DNA from: Candidatus Avamphibacillus intestinigallinarum
GTDB taxonomy: Bacteria; Bacillota; Bacilli; Bacillales; Amphibacillaceae
NCBI GenBank assembly: GCA_018711205.1
Contig: DVIO01000104.1
Span: 1,652 to 65,651 of the forward strand
DNA length: 64,000 bases
Direction: 5' to 3'
In this document: positions 38,405 through 47,791 of the stretch, one piece after another
Numbering within the stretch: the stretch's first letter is position 1
Layout of the letters: each line of letters begins with the position of its first letter
The notes under the pieces: model-generated
The model's input: only the letters and a program-made list of their open reading frames with translations
What the model was told of the DNA's origin: nothing
Database searches by the model: none
Translations under genes and position numbers: made by a program

Positions 38405-38433
38405 AATATATATTGAAATATTCGTAAAGTCAA
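38405..38433 (-). promoter_or_regulatory. Sigma-A promoter upstream of proS leader
   Basis: Minus strand TTGACT-N17-TATATT, located between pdxK stop and the 38335-38360 hairpin. Confidence 0.6.
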
Positions 38434-38469
38434 GACACACCAATGTTTTTACGATTTATTAAGCCTTAA

Positions 38470-39312
38470 TTAAACAGGTTCATGTGTCACTTTAATCTCA
38501 TGTGCATGGCCATATTTACGTTTAGCTGCATGATCTGTTGGCCCAACATGTTCTGTATACGAAAATCCATATTCAATCGCCGTAGTAACGTATTTTTTCG
38601 CTTCCACAACTGCTGTTTCAATTGCTTCACCTTGTGCGAGTAATGCTGCAATCGCCGCTGAATATGTACAGCCTGCCCCACTCGTGTTCACCGTATCAAT
38701 TCGTGGCGCTTCTAATAATGTTAATTGCTTACCATCATATAAAACATCTACTGCGGGACCTTCTAAGCGTCCTCCTTTAACGAGGACATACTTAGAACCA
38801 AGTGCATGTAAATCAACTGCTGCTTGTTTTAAGTCTTGAATAGATTCCAGTCGTTTCCCATCTAGTAATATTTCTGCCTCTGGCATATTTGGTGTCATAA
38901 TCGTGGCTTGTGGAAGCAATTTATCTCGTAACGCTTTAATGGCATCATCTTCAAGTAATTTAGAGTCCAATTTCCCGACCATCACTGGATCAACAACCAA
39001 TTGCTCATCTTGAACAGTCTCAGCGATTAATTCGGCAACACGTTCGATGACTTCAATTGAAAATAACATCCCTGTTTTAAAAACATCTGTACCAACTTGG
39101 CGCATCGCAGTAGCAAATTGTGCTTCAATCGCTTCAATGGTTTGCGGGTGCACATTTTTCTTTGTTTCAGGGTGCAGCGAAACAATTGCTGTAATGACAC
39201 TCATCCCATATGTTTGGAATTCTTGAAACGTCTTTAAATCAGCTTGAATCCCCGCACTACCTCCTGCAGCAGAGCCGGCAATCGTTAACACACGAGCTGG
39301 TTTTGTATTCAT
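38470..39312 (-). CDS. pdxK: Pyridoxal / hydroxymethylpyrimidine kinase (ThiD/PdxK family)
   Basis: LTIAGS..GGSAGIQADLKTFQE N-terminus as in B. subtilis PdxK; ribokinase-fold GAGC motif. Confidence 0.85.
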   Translation of the reverse strand: MNTKPARVLTIAGSAAGGSAGIQADLKTFQEFQTYGMSVITAIVSLHPETKKNVHPQTIEAIEAQFATAMRQVGTDVFKTGMLFSIEVIERVAELIAETVQDEQLVVDPVMVGKLDSKLLEDDAIKALRDKLLPQATIMTPNMPEAEILLDGKRLESIQDLKQAAVDLHALGSKYVLVKGGRLEGPAVDVLYDGKQLTLLEAPRIDTVNTSGAGCTYSAAIAALLAQGEAIETAVVEAKKYVTTAIEYGFSYTEHVGPTDHAAKRKYGHAHEIKVTHEPV

Positions 39313-39465
39313 ACTTTTATCCCCTTCTATATTACAAATTCTCTTTTTTTGTGTAGAATTTTATTATAATTGAATTGTGATTATATTTTAATTCCTTTAT
39401 AGATTGATTGCAATCTACATCTTAGAAATAACGATTTATCTATGAAAGATTGAAGGGAAGCTAAC

Positions 39466-40038
39466 ATGAAAAAACTAAAAAAGGATTTACTCGGTTGGTT
39501 GTGCCTCATTTTCGTCTTTATCATCATTTTTAGTGTGTATGCAGATATCCAGACACCAAATGCGCCCTCTCCTGCAATTATTAATGAAGGTTCAAAAGCA
39601 AAGGCGCCTACTGAGCTACATCCAATCGTTAAAGATAAAATGGAACAATTAAAAGAACAAGCTGCTAAAAAGCAAATCAAGATTGTCATCACAGACCACT
39701 TAAGAACGATGAAAGAACAAAATATGTTATATCAAAAAGGACGTTCAGCTAGTGGTCAAGTTGTCACCTACGCCAAAGCTGGCGAATCCTACCATAATTA
39801 TGGTTTGGCTATTGATTTTGCTTTAAAAAATACAAATGGTGATGTGATATGGGACATGGAATATGACGGAAACCAAAATGGCAAATCAGATTGGCTAGAA
39901 GTTGTTGCTTTGGCAAAAGAGCTTGGTTTTACGTGGGGTGGAGACTGGAAACAATTTAAAGACTATCCACATTTACAAATGGATTTCGGTCTATCAATAG
40001 AAGACTTACAACAAGGCAAACGTCCAGGCAATACATAA
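39466..40038 (+). CDS. cwlK: Peptidase M15 L,D-endopeptidase (CwlK-like)
   Basis: Signal/anchor then SYHNYGLAIDF ... GGDW..F.DYPH zinc-ligand motifs of VanY/CwlK family. Confidence 0.82.
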   Translation: MKKLKKDLLGWLCLIFVFIIIFSVYADIQTPNAPSPAIINEGSKAKAPTELHPIVKDKMEQLKEQAAKKQIKIVITDHLRTMKEQNMLYQKGRSASGQVVTYAKAGESYHNYGLAIDFALKNTNGDVIWDMEYDGNQNGKSDWLEVVALAKELGFTWGGDWKQFKDYPHLQMDFGLSIEDLQQGKRPGNT

Positions 40039-40076
40039 AAGAGACTCAAACGAATGTGCGTTTTGAGTCTCTTTTA
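40038..40076. terminator. Bidirectional terminator (cwlK / ytzI-like)
   Basis: AAAGAGACTCAAA/TTTGAGTCTCTTT 13-bp stem. Confidence 0.85.
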
Positions 40077-40095
40077 TTACTTCATATTTTAATTC

Positions 40096-40218
40096 CTACT
40101 GTTCCTCATCTGGATGGGGGTCAATTTTATGTTCGTAGCCATAACCTTTAGAAATCGTGACCAGTGATAAAACGAGTACTAATAAAACAAATGCTGATCC
40201 TCCAATAATGACAGCCAT
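40096..40218 (-). CDS. YtzI-like 40-aa membrane peptide (not in ORF track)
   Basis: MAVIIGGSAFVLLVLVLSLVTISKGYGYEHKIDPHPDEEQ: single TM then KGY..HxIDP motif as in B. subtilis YtzI; AGGAG RBS 8 nt upstream; shares terminator with cwlK. Confidence 0.65.
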   Translation of the reverse strand: MAVIIGGSAFVLLVLVLSLVTISKGYGYEHKIDPHPDEEQ

Positions 40219-40542
40219 TAACCTACTCCTAACTTACGATTACTCTATTATTGTCCATTATACGGATAAATACACGAAGTACAAGTAAGATTTTCCTATG
40301 ACTGAAAATTCGAAAAACATATGAACAAGCCATGTAAAAGCTATCATACAAAAGGATGTTTTTGTATATCAACGTTGTACACAGATAAATGCGGAATTTG
40401 CCTGATTAAGAAGAATTATAAGAATTTATAGCGTTTGAAGCAAAGTTTAAAGATAGTTAACATTATAAATATGCTATATATTGTCGCATCTAAATAGAGA
40501 TACATAGAATGGATGCAAATTATAAGGGAGGTCTATTGAATA

Positions 40543-41406
40543 GTGAAAAAGCTCTTATTTACTTCAATTATTGGACTCTCACTCGTTCTGTTAGCTGCAT
40601 GTGGCTCAGACGGAGGAGAAGATGAACTAGCAAAACTTAAAGAAGATGGCGTTGTTAAAGTCGGCTTCGCAAACGAAGAACCTTATGCATATAAAGAAGG
40701 GGACGAAATTAAAGGGGCAGCGGTTGATATCGCTGAAGCTGTTTTTAAAGAACTTGGTGTAGATGAAATTGATCCACAACTTGCTGACTTCAGTGAATTG
40801 ATCCCGAGTTTAAAAGCAAATAAATTCGACGTCGTAACAGCAGGTATGGCGATTACGCCAGATCGTTGTAAGAGTGTTTCATTCGGGGAACCCGAAATGA
40901 AATACGGTGAAGGATTAATTGTTAAAAAGGGGAACCCTAAAAATCTAAAAAGCTATAAAGACATCGCAGACAATAAAGATATTAAAGTATCCGTTATGTC
41001 AGGTGCGACAGAGAATGAGTTTTTAACATCTGAGGGCGTAGACGAGAAGCAAATTCAAAGTGCTTCAGACATTCCAGCAACATTCTCAGCTGTATCTTCA
41101 GGAAGAGCTGACGCAACAACTGGTACAGAAATGACAATCAAAATGGCATTAGAGTCTTCTGATAATGATGATTTAGAATTCGTTGAATCATTTGAACAAC
41201 CAGATGTAGAAGGTAACCCAAGCTATGGTGCAGCTGCATTCCGTGATGATAGTGATGAACTTCGTAAAGCATACAACGAAAAACTTAAAGAGTTAAAAGA
41301 AGATGGCACAGTAGCAAAACTTCTGGAGAAAAATGGATTTAGTGAAGAGATGAATACTGTTGAATCAGAAGTAACTGCTAAAAAAGTATGTGACGGCGAA
41401 TATTAA
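40543..41406 (+). CDS. Polar amino-acid ABC transporter substrate-binding lipoprotein (EhuB-like)
   Basis: Lipobox LLAACGS, type-3 SBP fold; GTG start behind AAGGGAGG; first gene of SBP-permease-permease-ATPase unit. Confidence 0.8.
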   Translation: MKKLLFTSIIGLSLVLLAACGSDGGEDELAKLKEDGVVKVGFANEEPYAYKEGDEIKGAAVDIAEAVFKELGVDEIDPQLADFSELIPSLKANKFDVVTAGMAITPDRCKSVSFGEPEMKYGEGLIVKKGNPKNLKSYKDIADNKDIKVSVMSGATENEFLTSEGVDEKQIQSASDIPATFSAVSSGRADATTGTEMTIKMALESSDNDDLEFVESFEQPDVEGNPSYGAAAFRDDSDELRKAYNEKLKELKEDGTVAKLLEKNGFSEEMNTVESEVTAKKVCDGEY

Positions 41407-41414
41407 TTCTCATT

Positions 41415-41460
41415 CCATAGAGTCTACCGGTTTTCTAGCTGTTAGACTCTATGGTTTTTA
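41415..41460 (+). terminator. Intra-operon hairpin after the SBP gene of the amino-acid ABC transporter
   Basis: CCATAGAGTCTA/TAGACTCTATGG 12-bp stem then TTTTT; classic SBP-excess attenuator position. Confidence 0.7.
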
Positions 41461-41489
41461 CTTTTTAATACGAGAAAGGAGATGACGAC

Positions 41490-42152
41490 ATGGACGCCAT
41501 AAAAGAAATTGTCCCTGTATTGGCTAAGGGACTAAACGTGACCATTACAGTTTTAATCGCCGCAGCAATACTTTCTTATATCCTGGCCTTTATTGCAGGA
41601 TTATGCCGGTTATCAAAAAATGTATTTATTCGAAAATTTACTGGTTTCTATATTGAAGTATTCCGTGGTACTTCGCTTATCGTTCAATTATTCTGGTTAT
41701 ATTACGCACTCCCTACCCTGTTTGGTATCAATCTTGGTTCTGAGTTTTGGGTTGGTGTGATTGCGATTGCATTAAACTATGCAGCCTATATGTCAGAAAT
41801 TGTACGAGGCTCTATTTTATCTGTTTCAGACGGACAAAGTGAGGCAGCAACAGCCTTAAATATGTCATCATTTCAAAGAATGCGCTTAATCATTTTGCCA
41901 CAAGCGGTTCGGATGATGTTACCTGAGTTTGGTAACTATTTAATTCAAATGCTTAAGGCAACTTCACTTGTATCATTAATTTCTCTTCATGATATTTTAT
42001 ACCAAGGTGATATTTTTAGAAGCTCGAATCTAGCCCTAGCACCAACCGTATATTTCATCATGTTGATATTCTACTTTATTCTTGCACTTCCATTAATTTG
42101 GTTAACTCGAAAAGCAGAAGTCTTTTCTAAGAAAGGGGTTGCGAGTGAATGA
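41490..42152 (+). CDS. Amino-acid ABC transporter permease (EhuC-like)
   Basis: HisM/GlnP-type permease with EAA loop (EAATALNMSSFQRMRLIILPQA). Confidence 0.85.
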   Translation: MDAIKEIVPVLAKGLNVTITVLIAAAILSYILAFIAGLCRLSKNVFIRKFTGFYIEVFRGTSLIVQLFWLYYALPTLFGINLGSEFWVGVIAIALNYAAYMSEIVRGSILSVSDGQSEAATALNMSSFQRMRLIILPQAVRMMLPEFGNYLIQMLKATSLVSLISLHDILYQGDIFRSSNLALAPTVYFIMLIFYFILALPLIWLTRKAEVFSKKGVASE

Positions 42153-42835
42153 GTGGTAACTGGAGTTGGGAAATATTTATGGACGCCCTTCCCTATGTTT
42201 CAAAAGGGTTAGGCATCACAGTCGGTTTAACACTTTCTTGCTTTTTATTTGCCCTTGTCTTTGGCTTTGTTTGGTTGCTTTTAAGAAATACACCATTCCG
42301 TATTATCAATTGGTTTTTCACATGGGTCATGGAATTTATCCGTTCCACGCCGCCGCTAGTGCAACTGTTCTTTATTTTCTTTGCTTGGCCTGCACTGCCT
42401 GTCATCGGTGTTTCATTGAGCCCATTTGTAGCAGCAATTCTCGGACTTGGCGTTCATTTCAGTACATACGTCGGTGAAGTATATCGTTCTGGTATCGAAA
42501 GTGTAGACAGTGGTCAATGGGAAGCAGCGAAAGCATTGAACTATAGTGCTAAGGATAAATGGTTTAAAATTATTTTGCCACAAGCAATACCGCCAACGAT
42601 CCCAATGCTAGGGAATTACTTTATCATTCTCTTTAAAGAGGTTCCTTTGGCATCAACAATTGGGGTTGTCGGTATATTACAACTTGCGCAAAACTATGGT
42701 TCAAAAACATTTAATTATTTAGAACCATTAACCATCGTAGCGATTCTATTCTTAATTCTAAGCTACCCTTCTGCATTATTAATTAAAAAATTAGAACTCA
42801 AAATGAACCGTCGCTTTGAAAAAAAGGACGCTTAA
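42149..42835 (+). CDS. Amino-acid ABC transporter permease (EhuD-like)
   Basis: Second HisM-type permease, EAA loop (EAAKALNYSAKDKWFKIILPQA); 4-nt overlap with preceding gene. Confidence 0.85.
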   Translation: MSGNWSWEIFMDALPYVSKGLGITVGLTLSCFLFALVFGFVWLLLRNTPFRIINWFFTWVMEFIRSTPPLVQLFFIFFAWPALPVIGVSLSPFVAAILGLGVHFSTYVGEVYRSGIESVDSGQWEAAKALNYSAKDKWFKIILPQAIPPTIPMLGNYFIILFKEVPLASTIGVVGILQLAQNYGSKTFNYLEPLTIVAILFLILSYPSALLIKKLELKMNRRFEKKDA

Positions 42836-42876
42836 ATCTATTCTTAATATCACGGAATTTAGAGGAGTGAAGATAT

Positions 42877-43650
42877 ATGACGGAACCAATTGTTTCGTTC
42901 CAAGATGTGCATAAATCTTTTGGCGACATTGATGTCTTAAAAGGAATTAATCTAGACATTAAACCTGCTGAAAAAGTTGCTTTAATTGGGCCGAGTGGCT
43001 CTGGTAAAACAACCGTAATCCGTATGTTGATGACCTTGGAGGAACCAACATCGGGTGATATTTATGTACAAGATCAGAACTTATGGAAGATGAAGAAAAA
43101 AGACAAGTGGGTACGTGCAAACGAAAAACATTTACGTTCTGTACGTGGAGACATTGGGATGGTGTTTCAACACTTCAATCTATTCCCACATATGACCGTA
43201 CTAGAAAATTGTATGTCCGCACCGATTCACGTTCAAAAGGTCAGTAAAAAAGAAGCGAAAGAACGCTCTCTTGAAATGCTTAAAAAAGTTGGATTAGGTG
43301 ATCGACTCGATAACTTCCCAAGTCAATTATCCGGGGGACAAAAACAGCGTGTTGCGATGGCTCGCGCACTTGTTATGCGTCCGAAGGTCATGTTATTTGA
43401 CGAGGTCACTTCAGCTCTTGACCCTGAACTTGTTGGCGAAGTATTGGAGGTTATTCGTAACATAGCTGAAGAAGGCGAAATGGCCATGATTCTTGTTACA
43501 CACGAGATGGACTTTGCATTAGATGTTGCCGATCGTGTCATCTTCCTTGATGATGGTGTCATTGCAGAAAATGGTACACCAAAAGATGTCATCGAGCATT
43601 CACAAAACGAACGTCTACAAAGCTTCCTACACCGCTTTAGAAGTAATTAA
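42877..43650 (+). CDS. Amino-acid ABC transporter ATP-binding protein (EhuA-like)
   Basis: Walker [18 protein letters not shown], Walker [12 protein letters not shown]; insertion after Walker A region like Ehu/Occ-type ATPases. Confidence 0.88.
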   Translation: MTEPIVSFQDVHKSFGDIDVLKGINLDIKPAEKVALIGPSGSGKTTVIRMLMTLEEPTSGDIYVQDQNLWKMKKKDKWVRANEKHLRSVRGDIGMVFQHFNLFPHMTVLENCMSAPIHVQKVSKKEAKERSLEMLKKVGLGDRLDNFPSQLSGGQKQRVAMARALVMRPKVMLFDEVTSALDPELVGEVLEVIRNIAEEGEMAMILVTHEMDFALDVADRVIFLDDGVIAENGTPKDVIEHSQNERLQSFLHRFRSN

Positions 43651-43653
43651 ACA

Positions 43654-43722
43654 AAAAAGCACCTGTTTGAATAGTATGATTTTGCTCCATAAGAGCGCAC
43701 TATTCAAATCGGTGCTTTTTCT
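43654..43722. terminator. Bidirectional terminator (ABC ATPase / murB)
   Basis: AAAAGCACC..TTTGAATAGT pairs with ACTATTCAAA..GGTGCTTTT. Confidence 0.8.
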
Positions 43723-43737
43723 ATTTTTTAGTTGACC

Positions 43738-44661
43738 TCAATCTTCTCCAATGATCCGAACTTCTCTTTCTAGATGAACATCGAATTTTTCGTTAACAAC
43801 TTTTTGTACATGTCGGATTAGTCCAATATATTCTTCTGCAGTCGCATTGTCTTTATTCACAATAAAGCCCGCATGTTTTAAGGACACTTGTGCCCCACCT
43901 AACATCGTTCCCTGTAATCCACTATCTTGAATCAGCTTTCCGGCAAAGTATCCGGGTGGGCGTTTAAACACACTACCGCAAGACGGATATTCTAATGGTT
44001 GTTTTGTTTCTCGTTTATTTGTTAAATCATCCATGATGGCTTTGATTTCATGTTTATTACCTGGTTGCAGGTTAAACGTCGCTTCTAGCACAATATATTT
44101 CTTATCAGGAATATTACTTGTTCGATAAGCCAAATCCAAATCAGCCGCTTTTAACTCAAGTAACGCACCAGATTGATCAATCACTTTAGCCGACTCGAGA
44201 CAGTCTTTGATTTCCCCGCCATATGCACCAGCATTCATAAATAAGGCACCTCCAACAGACCCTGGAATTCCACAAGCGAACTCAAGCCCTGTTAGAGTAG
44301 CAGCCAAAGCTGTTTCTGATGTATCAATAATGCGAGCACCGCTTTGCGCAATCACTTTAGTGCCATTTGTATGAATCGCATTTAATTTTTTCAAGTTCAT
44401 CACAACGCCACGAATTCCCCCATCTTTAATGATGAGATTTGAGCCATTACCAAGTAAGGTAAAAGGGATGCCAACCTGATTCGTATATTTGACTACTTCT
44501 TGTACTTCTTCATACGTACTCGGAGTTACAAAATAATCAGCATTTCCCCCTAAATGTGTGTACGTATATTCCTTTAAAGGGACATCTATACCGATATTTT
44601 CCTTTTTCATGAGACGCACTAAGTCTTCATACACTTTATGTTCTTTAACCAATAAACTCAT
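43738..44661 (-). CDS. murB: UDP-N-acetylenolpyruvoylglucosamine reductase
   Basis: FAD-binding domain (GNGSNL), GSVGGA, SCGSVFKRP motifs; 307 aa. Confidence 0.95.
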   Translation of the reverse strand: MSLLVKEHKVYEDLVRLMKKENIGIDVPLKEYTYTHLGGNADYFVTPSTYEEVQEVVKYTNQVGIPFTLLGNGSNLIIKDGGIRGVVMNLKKLNAIHTNGTKVIAQSGARIIDTSETALAATLTGLEFACGIPGSVGGALFMNAGAYGGEIKDCLESAKVIDQSGALLELKAADLDLAYRTSNIPDKKYIVLEATFNLQPGNKHEIKAIMDDLTNKRETKQPLEYPSCGSVFKRPPGYFAGKLIQDSGLQGTMLGGAQVSLKHAGFIVNKDNATAEEYIGLIRHVQKVVNEKFDVHLEREVRIIGED

Positions 44662-44683
44662 TCCTTTTTTGTTAAACTTTTCA

Positions 44684-45496
44684 TTAAGGTTGCTTATATA
44701 AGAAATCGTAAACTAACCGGTCAACACGTTTACTTTCGTGCAGCATACTATGTCCCAGTCTTTTATCATCAATGACTTTTTCTTCAAAAGGATTACCTCT
44801 TATAATCTTTCGCAACATTTGTACGCTTTCTGTCTTCGCTACCCGATCACCCGTAGAGGCGATACTAAGCACTTGAATGGTCTTTGGAAAGTTCTTATTG
44901 CGTAAAGATTTTAATCCTTCAGAACCTGGCATTAAATCTTTTGCCGCTAAATCTTTCTGTGGATTTTTTAAAAAGTACGTATGGTCATATATCCCATCGA
45001 ATGGGCTCCCAATTGTAACCAGTTTATTCACATTCGGATAAATCGTGCCATCATAATCTAATATATACTTCACAGATAAGATGCCCCCCATTGAATGACC
45101 AACAAGATTCACCTCATTTATGAAATAACGTTTCTTTAAGTCTTGTAGTACGGCTGCAAGCCATGTAGAGCCATCTTGAAAACTAGCACGATTATTTTCA
45201 AAAATCACTTGCACAAATAATGGCTTTCCCTTTGTCTTTAGCAATTCCTCAACATCAAGCGAACCATCTGCACCAACATGATAAACTAACCCTTTATCTC
45301 CCCAACCATATTCATTTTGGTATCGATCTAACATGTTTCCAAAAGAATAATATGTTCCTTTATAGCCATGTAAAAAAACAGTCGGTGTATACTGGAAGTC
45401 ATCATGCTTTGCACGTTTGGACGTATAAACAACATCGGTTGATGAATAGATGAATAGGATAATAATTGCAATCAATATGACGTGTTGTTTTTTCAA
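44684..45496 (-). CDS. Alpha/beta hydrolase, cell-surface hydrolase family (DUF915-like)
   Basis: N-terminal anchor, PT.FLHG and nucleophile elbow GHSMGG; probably co-transcribed with murB. Confidence 0.75.
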   Translation of the reverse strand: MKKQHVILIAIIILFIYSSTDVVYTSKRAKHDDFQYTPTVFLHGYKGTYYSFGNMLDRYQNEYGWGDKGLVYHVGADGSLDVEELLKTKGKPLFVQVIFENNRASFQDGSTWLAAVLQDLKKRYFINEVNLVGHSMGGILSVKYILDYDGTIYPNVNKLVTIGSPFDGIYDHTYFLKNPQKDLAAKDLMPGSEGLKSLRNKNFPKTIQVLSIASTGDRVAKTESVQMLRKIIRGNPFEEKVIDDKRLGHSMLHESKRVDRLVYDFLYKQP

Positions 45497-45580
45497 AACA
45501 TATACCTCTTTTATAACGATTGTCTAATTGTTCATTTATGATGCGTCTATTATAGCACCTAATCACTCAGATTTCTTCTA

Positions 45581-45624
45581 AAAAAGAAAAGCACCTACAC
45601 AATGATTGTATAGGTAGCTTTTCG
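45581..45624 (-). terminator. Terminator after hisJ
   Basis: AAAGCTACCTATACAAT/ATTGTGTAGGTGCTTT imperfect stem with U-run on minus strand. Confidence 0.7.
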
Positions 45625-45628
45625 TAGA

Positions 45629-46426
45629 TTATTTTAGATCTGCAATTTTATGAAAGGTAGGTTTCATCTTCTCAAAAGTAGTAATGTATTTAAAACCGAT
45701 CGATTCAAATAACTCTAATGACGCTTTAAAATCATAACCAACTGTATCGGCAACATGAGAATCTGAACCAAGCGTTAAAATCTCCCCGCCACGTTCTTTA
45801 TATAACGTTAGAATATCCTTACTTGGCATTCCTGTCGGCAAACCGTATTTATGCCCAGATGTATTCAACTCAATCCCTTGTCCTCTTGGAATAATCACTT
45901 TGAAAATCTCATCGATAATGTCATGAAATGAATGTGTACTTTGTTCTTTCGCATATCTTTTTACTAAATCTAAATGTCCAAGGATACTAAATTGATCAAA
46001 GCGTTTTACGCATTCAAGTAGCTCCTTGTAATAGATTTCAAAAGCTTCATCAACTGTTTTACCTTTAAAGAAATTGCCCGAATGTAAATCTTTTTTCTCC
46101 GTTGTATGCATCGAACAAATGACGAAATCAAAGGACTCCTCACTCATAAGTGCATCATACCGATCTAATAAATAAGGCTGTACACCGAGTTCTACCCCTT
46201 TTTTAATAGCAATTTGATCTTGATACGTTGTCTGCATCTCACTTATTTTTTGATCATACCCGACTAAATCTAAATCAAAGTCTATCGTTGGATCAGGATA
46301 TTCATAATCTATATGCTCTGTAAAACAAATTTCACTTAATCCTTTGCGAATAGCTGATTCAATTGTATCCTCCATTGGTGTATCACAATCTGCCGAAAAA
46401 TCTGAATGCATATGATAGTCAAACAT
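45629..46426 (-). CDS. hisJ: Histidinol-phosphatase, PHP family (HisJ/HisK)
   Basis: MFDYHMHSDFSADC PHP N-terminus, further His/Asp metal ligands; divergent from his operon. Confidence 0.88.
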   Translation of the reverse strand: MFDYHMHSDFSADCDTPMEDTIESAIRKGLSEICFTEHIDYEYPDPTIDFDLDLVGYDQKISEMQTTYQDQIAIKKGVELGVQPYLLDRYDALMSEESFDFVICSMHTTEKKDLHSGNFFKGKTVDEAFEIYYKELLECVKRFDQFSILGHLDLVKRYAKEQSTHSFHDIIDEIFKVIIPRGQGIELNTSGHKYGLPTGMPSKDILTLYKERGGEILTLGSDSHVADTVGYDFKASLELFESIGFKYITTFEKMKPTFHKIADLK

Positions 46427-46446
46427 AAAAAAACTCCTCTCCCTTA

Positions 46447-46475
46447 TTGACTTCTTTTTTCGATAACTTTATAAT
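46447..46475 (+). promoter_or_regulatory. Sigma-A promoter of his operon
   Basis: TTGACT-N17-TATAAT, ~70 nt upstream of hisZ start. Confidence 0.75.
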
Positions 46476-46546
46476 ACTATATAACTTTAATTAAATAAAG
46501 TGGTAAAGTGATGATGTATCACTTTTGTGAAAGGAGATCTTCTACA

Positions 46547-47791
46547 ATGTCTACGCTTGATTACTATGATTCTAATATTTTAAATTTTGCAAAACGAAAT
46601 GATATTATTTCTACCTTATATCACCGTTTCTTAACATATGGTTATCAACAAATTCGAACATCTACTTTCGAATCATATGATTTATACTCTACGGTTACAG
46701 GGACGATTCCACAAGATGAAATGATTAAGGTCATTGATCCTTCAGGAAAAGTACTTGTGCTCCGTCCTGATGTGACCATTCCAATTACGCAAGAAATCGC
46801 TGCAAAGAATACATCACTACAAAATGCGAAGCGTTACTTCTATGTACTTGATGTGTTTAGACAGTCATTTGGAGATAACGGAAGTAAAGAAAGAACACAA
46901 GCTGGTATTGAATACTTCGGTGAGAAATCGGCTGCTGCTGATGCGGAAGTGATTGCGCTTGCCATTCACGCATTACGTGATTTAGGTGACTATACATTCA
47001 AAATTGAAATTGGCCATGCTGGTTTCTTTAAGCATTTAGCAAGTCATTTAAATTTAAATGATACGGACTTTGAACGACTCAGACAATATATTCAAGCCAA
47101 AAACATGACAGAGATTGTGCCCTTTCTACAAAACTTACAATTAGACAAAGATATTGCAACAGCTGTACGGCAAATCCCAATTCTATATGGCGATCCAGAT
47201 CATGTATTAAAACAAGCTAAATCAATTGCACTCAATGATGATATGTTAGCTGAGCTTGATCATTTACATGATGTCTATCAGGTCCTTAAAGGCTACGGTA
47301 TGGAAAATTCAGTCGTATTTGATCTTGGCCTTATTAACCATATGAATTATTATTCAGATATTATATTCCAAGGATTTATGGAAAACGTCTCACGTCCAGT
47401 ATTAATGGGTGGGCGTTATGACAGTTTAGCTGAACAATTCGGTGCTTCAATTCCCGCTATTGGCTTTGCTTATGATATTGAAGGATTATTAGATGCAACG
47501 AAAACAAAGCAAGTTATTACATTACCACAACCTATTGTCATAAATTATGAAAAAAATACAGAAAATTCAGCCCTTCATCTGGCAAATGAATTACGTCAAG
47601 AGCATTATGAAGTGATCGTAGAAGAAACAGAAAAATCAGCAGCAACGCCAGATTTTCATATTCAAATCAATCAACAAACAAAATCATTTACGCATAACGG
47701 TCATATGACGGAATTCAAAACATCTGAAGAATTATTTACATTACTAAAGGAGGCTACAGCAGATGGATCCATTAACAATTGCTCTAGCTAA
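46547..47791 (+). CDS. hisZ: ATP phosphoribosyltransferase regulatory subunit HisZ
   Basis: HisRS-like catalytic core without anticodon domain; ATG 46547 behind AAAGGAG; overlaps hisG. Confidence 0.88.
   Translation: MSTLDYYDSNILNFAKRNDIISTLYHRFLTYGYQQIRTSTFESYDLYSTVTGTIPQDEMIKVIDPSGKVLVLRPDVTIPITQEIAAKNTSLQNAKRYFYVLDVFRQSFGDNGSKERTQAGIEYFGEKSAAADAEVIALAIHALRDLGDYTFKIEIGHAGFFKHLASHLNLNDTDFERLRQYIQAKNMTEIVPFLQNLQLDKDIATAVRQIPILYGDPDHVLKQAKSIALNDDMLAELDHLHDVYQVLKGYGMENSVVFDLGLINHMNYYSDIIFQGFMENVSRPVLMGGRYDSLAEQFGASIPAIGFAYDIEGLLDATKTKQVITLPQPIVINYEKNTENSALHLANELRQEHYEVIVEETEKSAATPDFHIQINQQTKSFTHNGHMTEFKTSEELFTLLKEATADGSINNCSS

Noticed and set aside
39313-39465. Possible TPP riboswitch upstream of the ThiD/PdxK-family kinase
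   Set aside because: The spacer is only 153 nt, is shared with the cwlK promoter, and has no CUGAGA/ACCUGA thi-box elements. The protein looks like PdxK rather than a thiamine-regulated ThiD. A 7-4-7 inverted repeat, TAGATTG-ATTG-CAATCTA, was noted at about 39401-39418, but with no regulator context.
39381-39692. 103-aa minus-strand ORF overlapping the cwlK start
   Set aside because: It is antisense to the well-supported M15 peptidase gene and extends into the promoter region, with no RBS.
46508-46546. GTG/ATG-ATG start extension of hisZ
   Set aside because: The region forms the leader hairpin. AAAGGAG lies downstream of these codons and serves ATG 46547.
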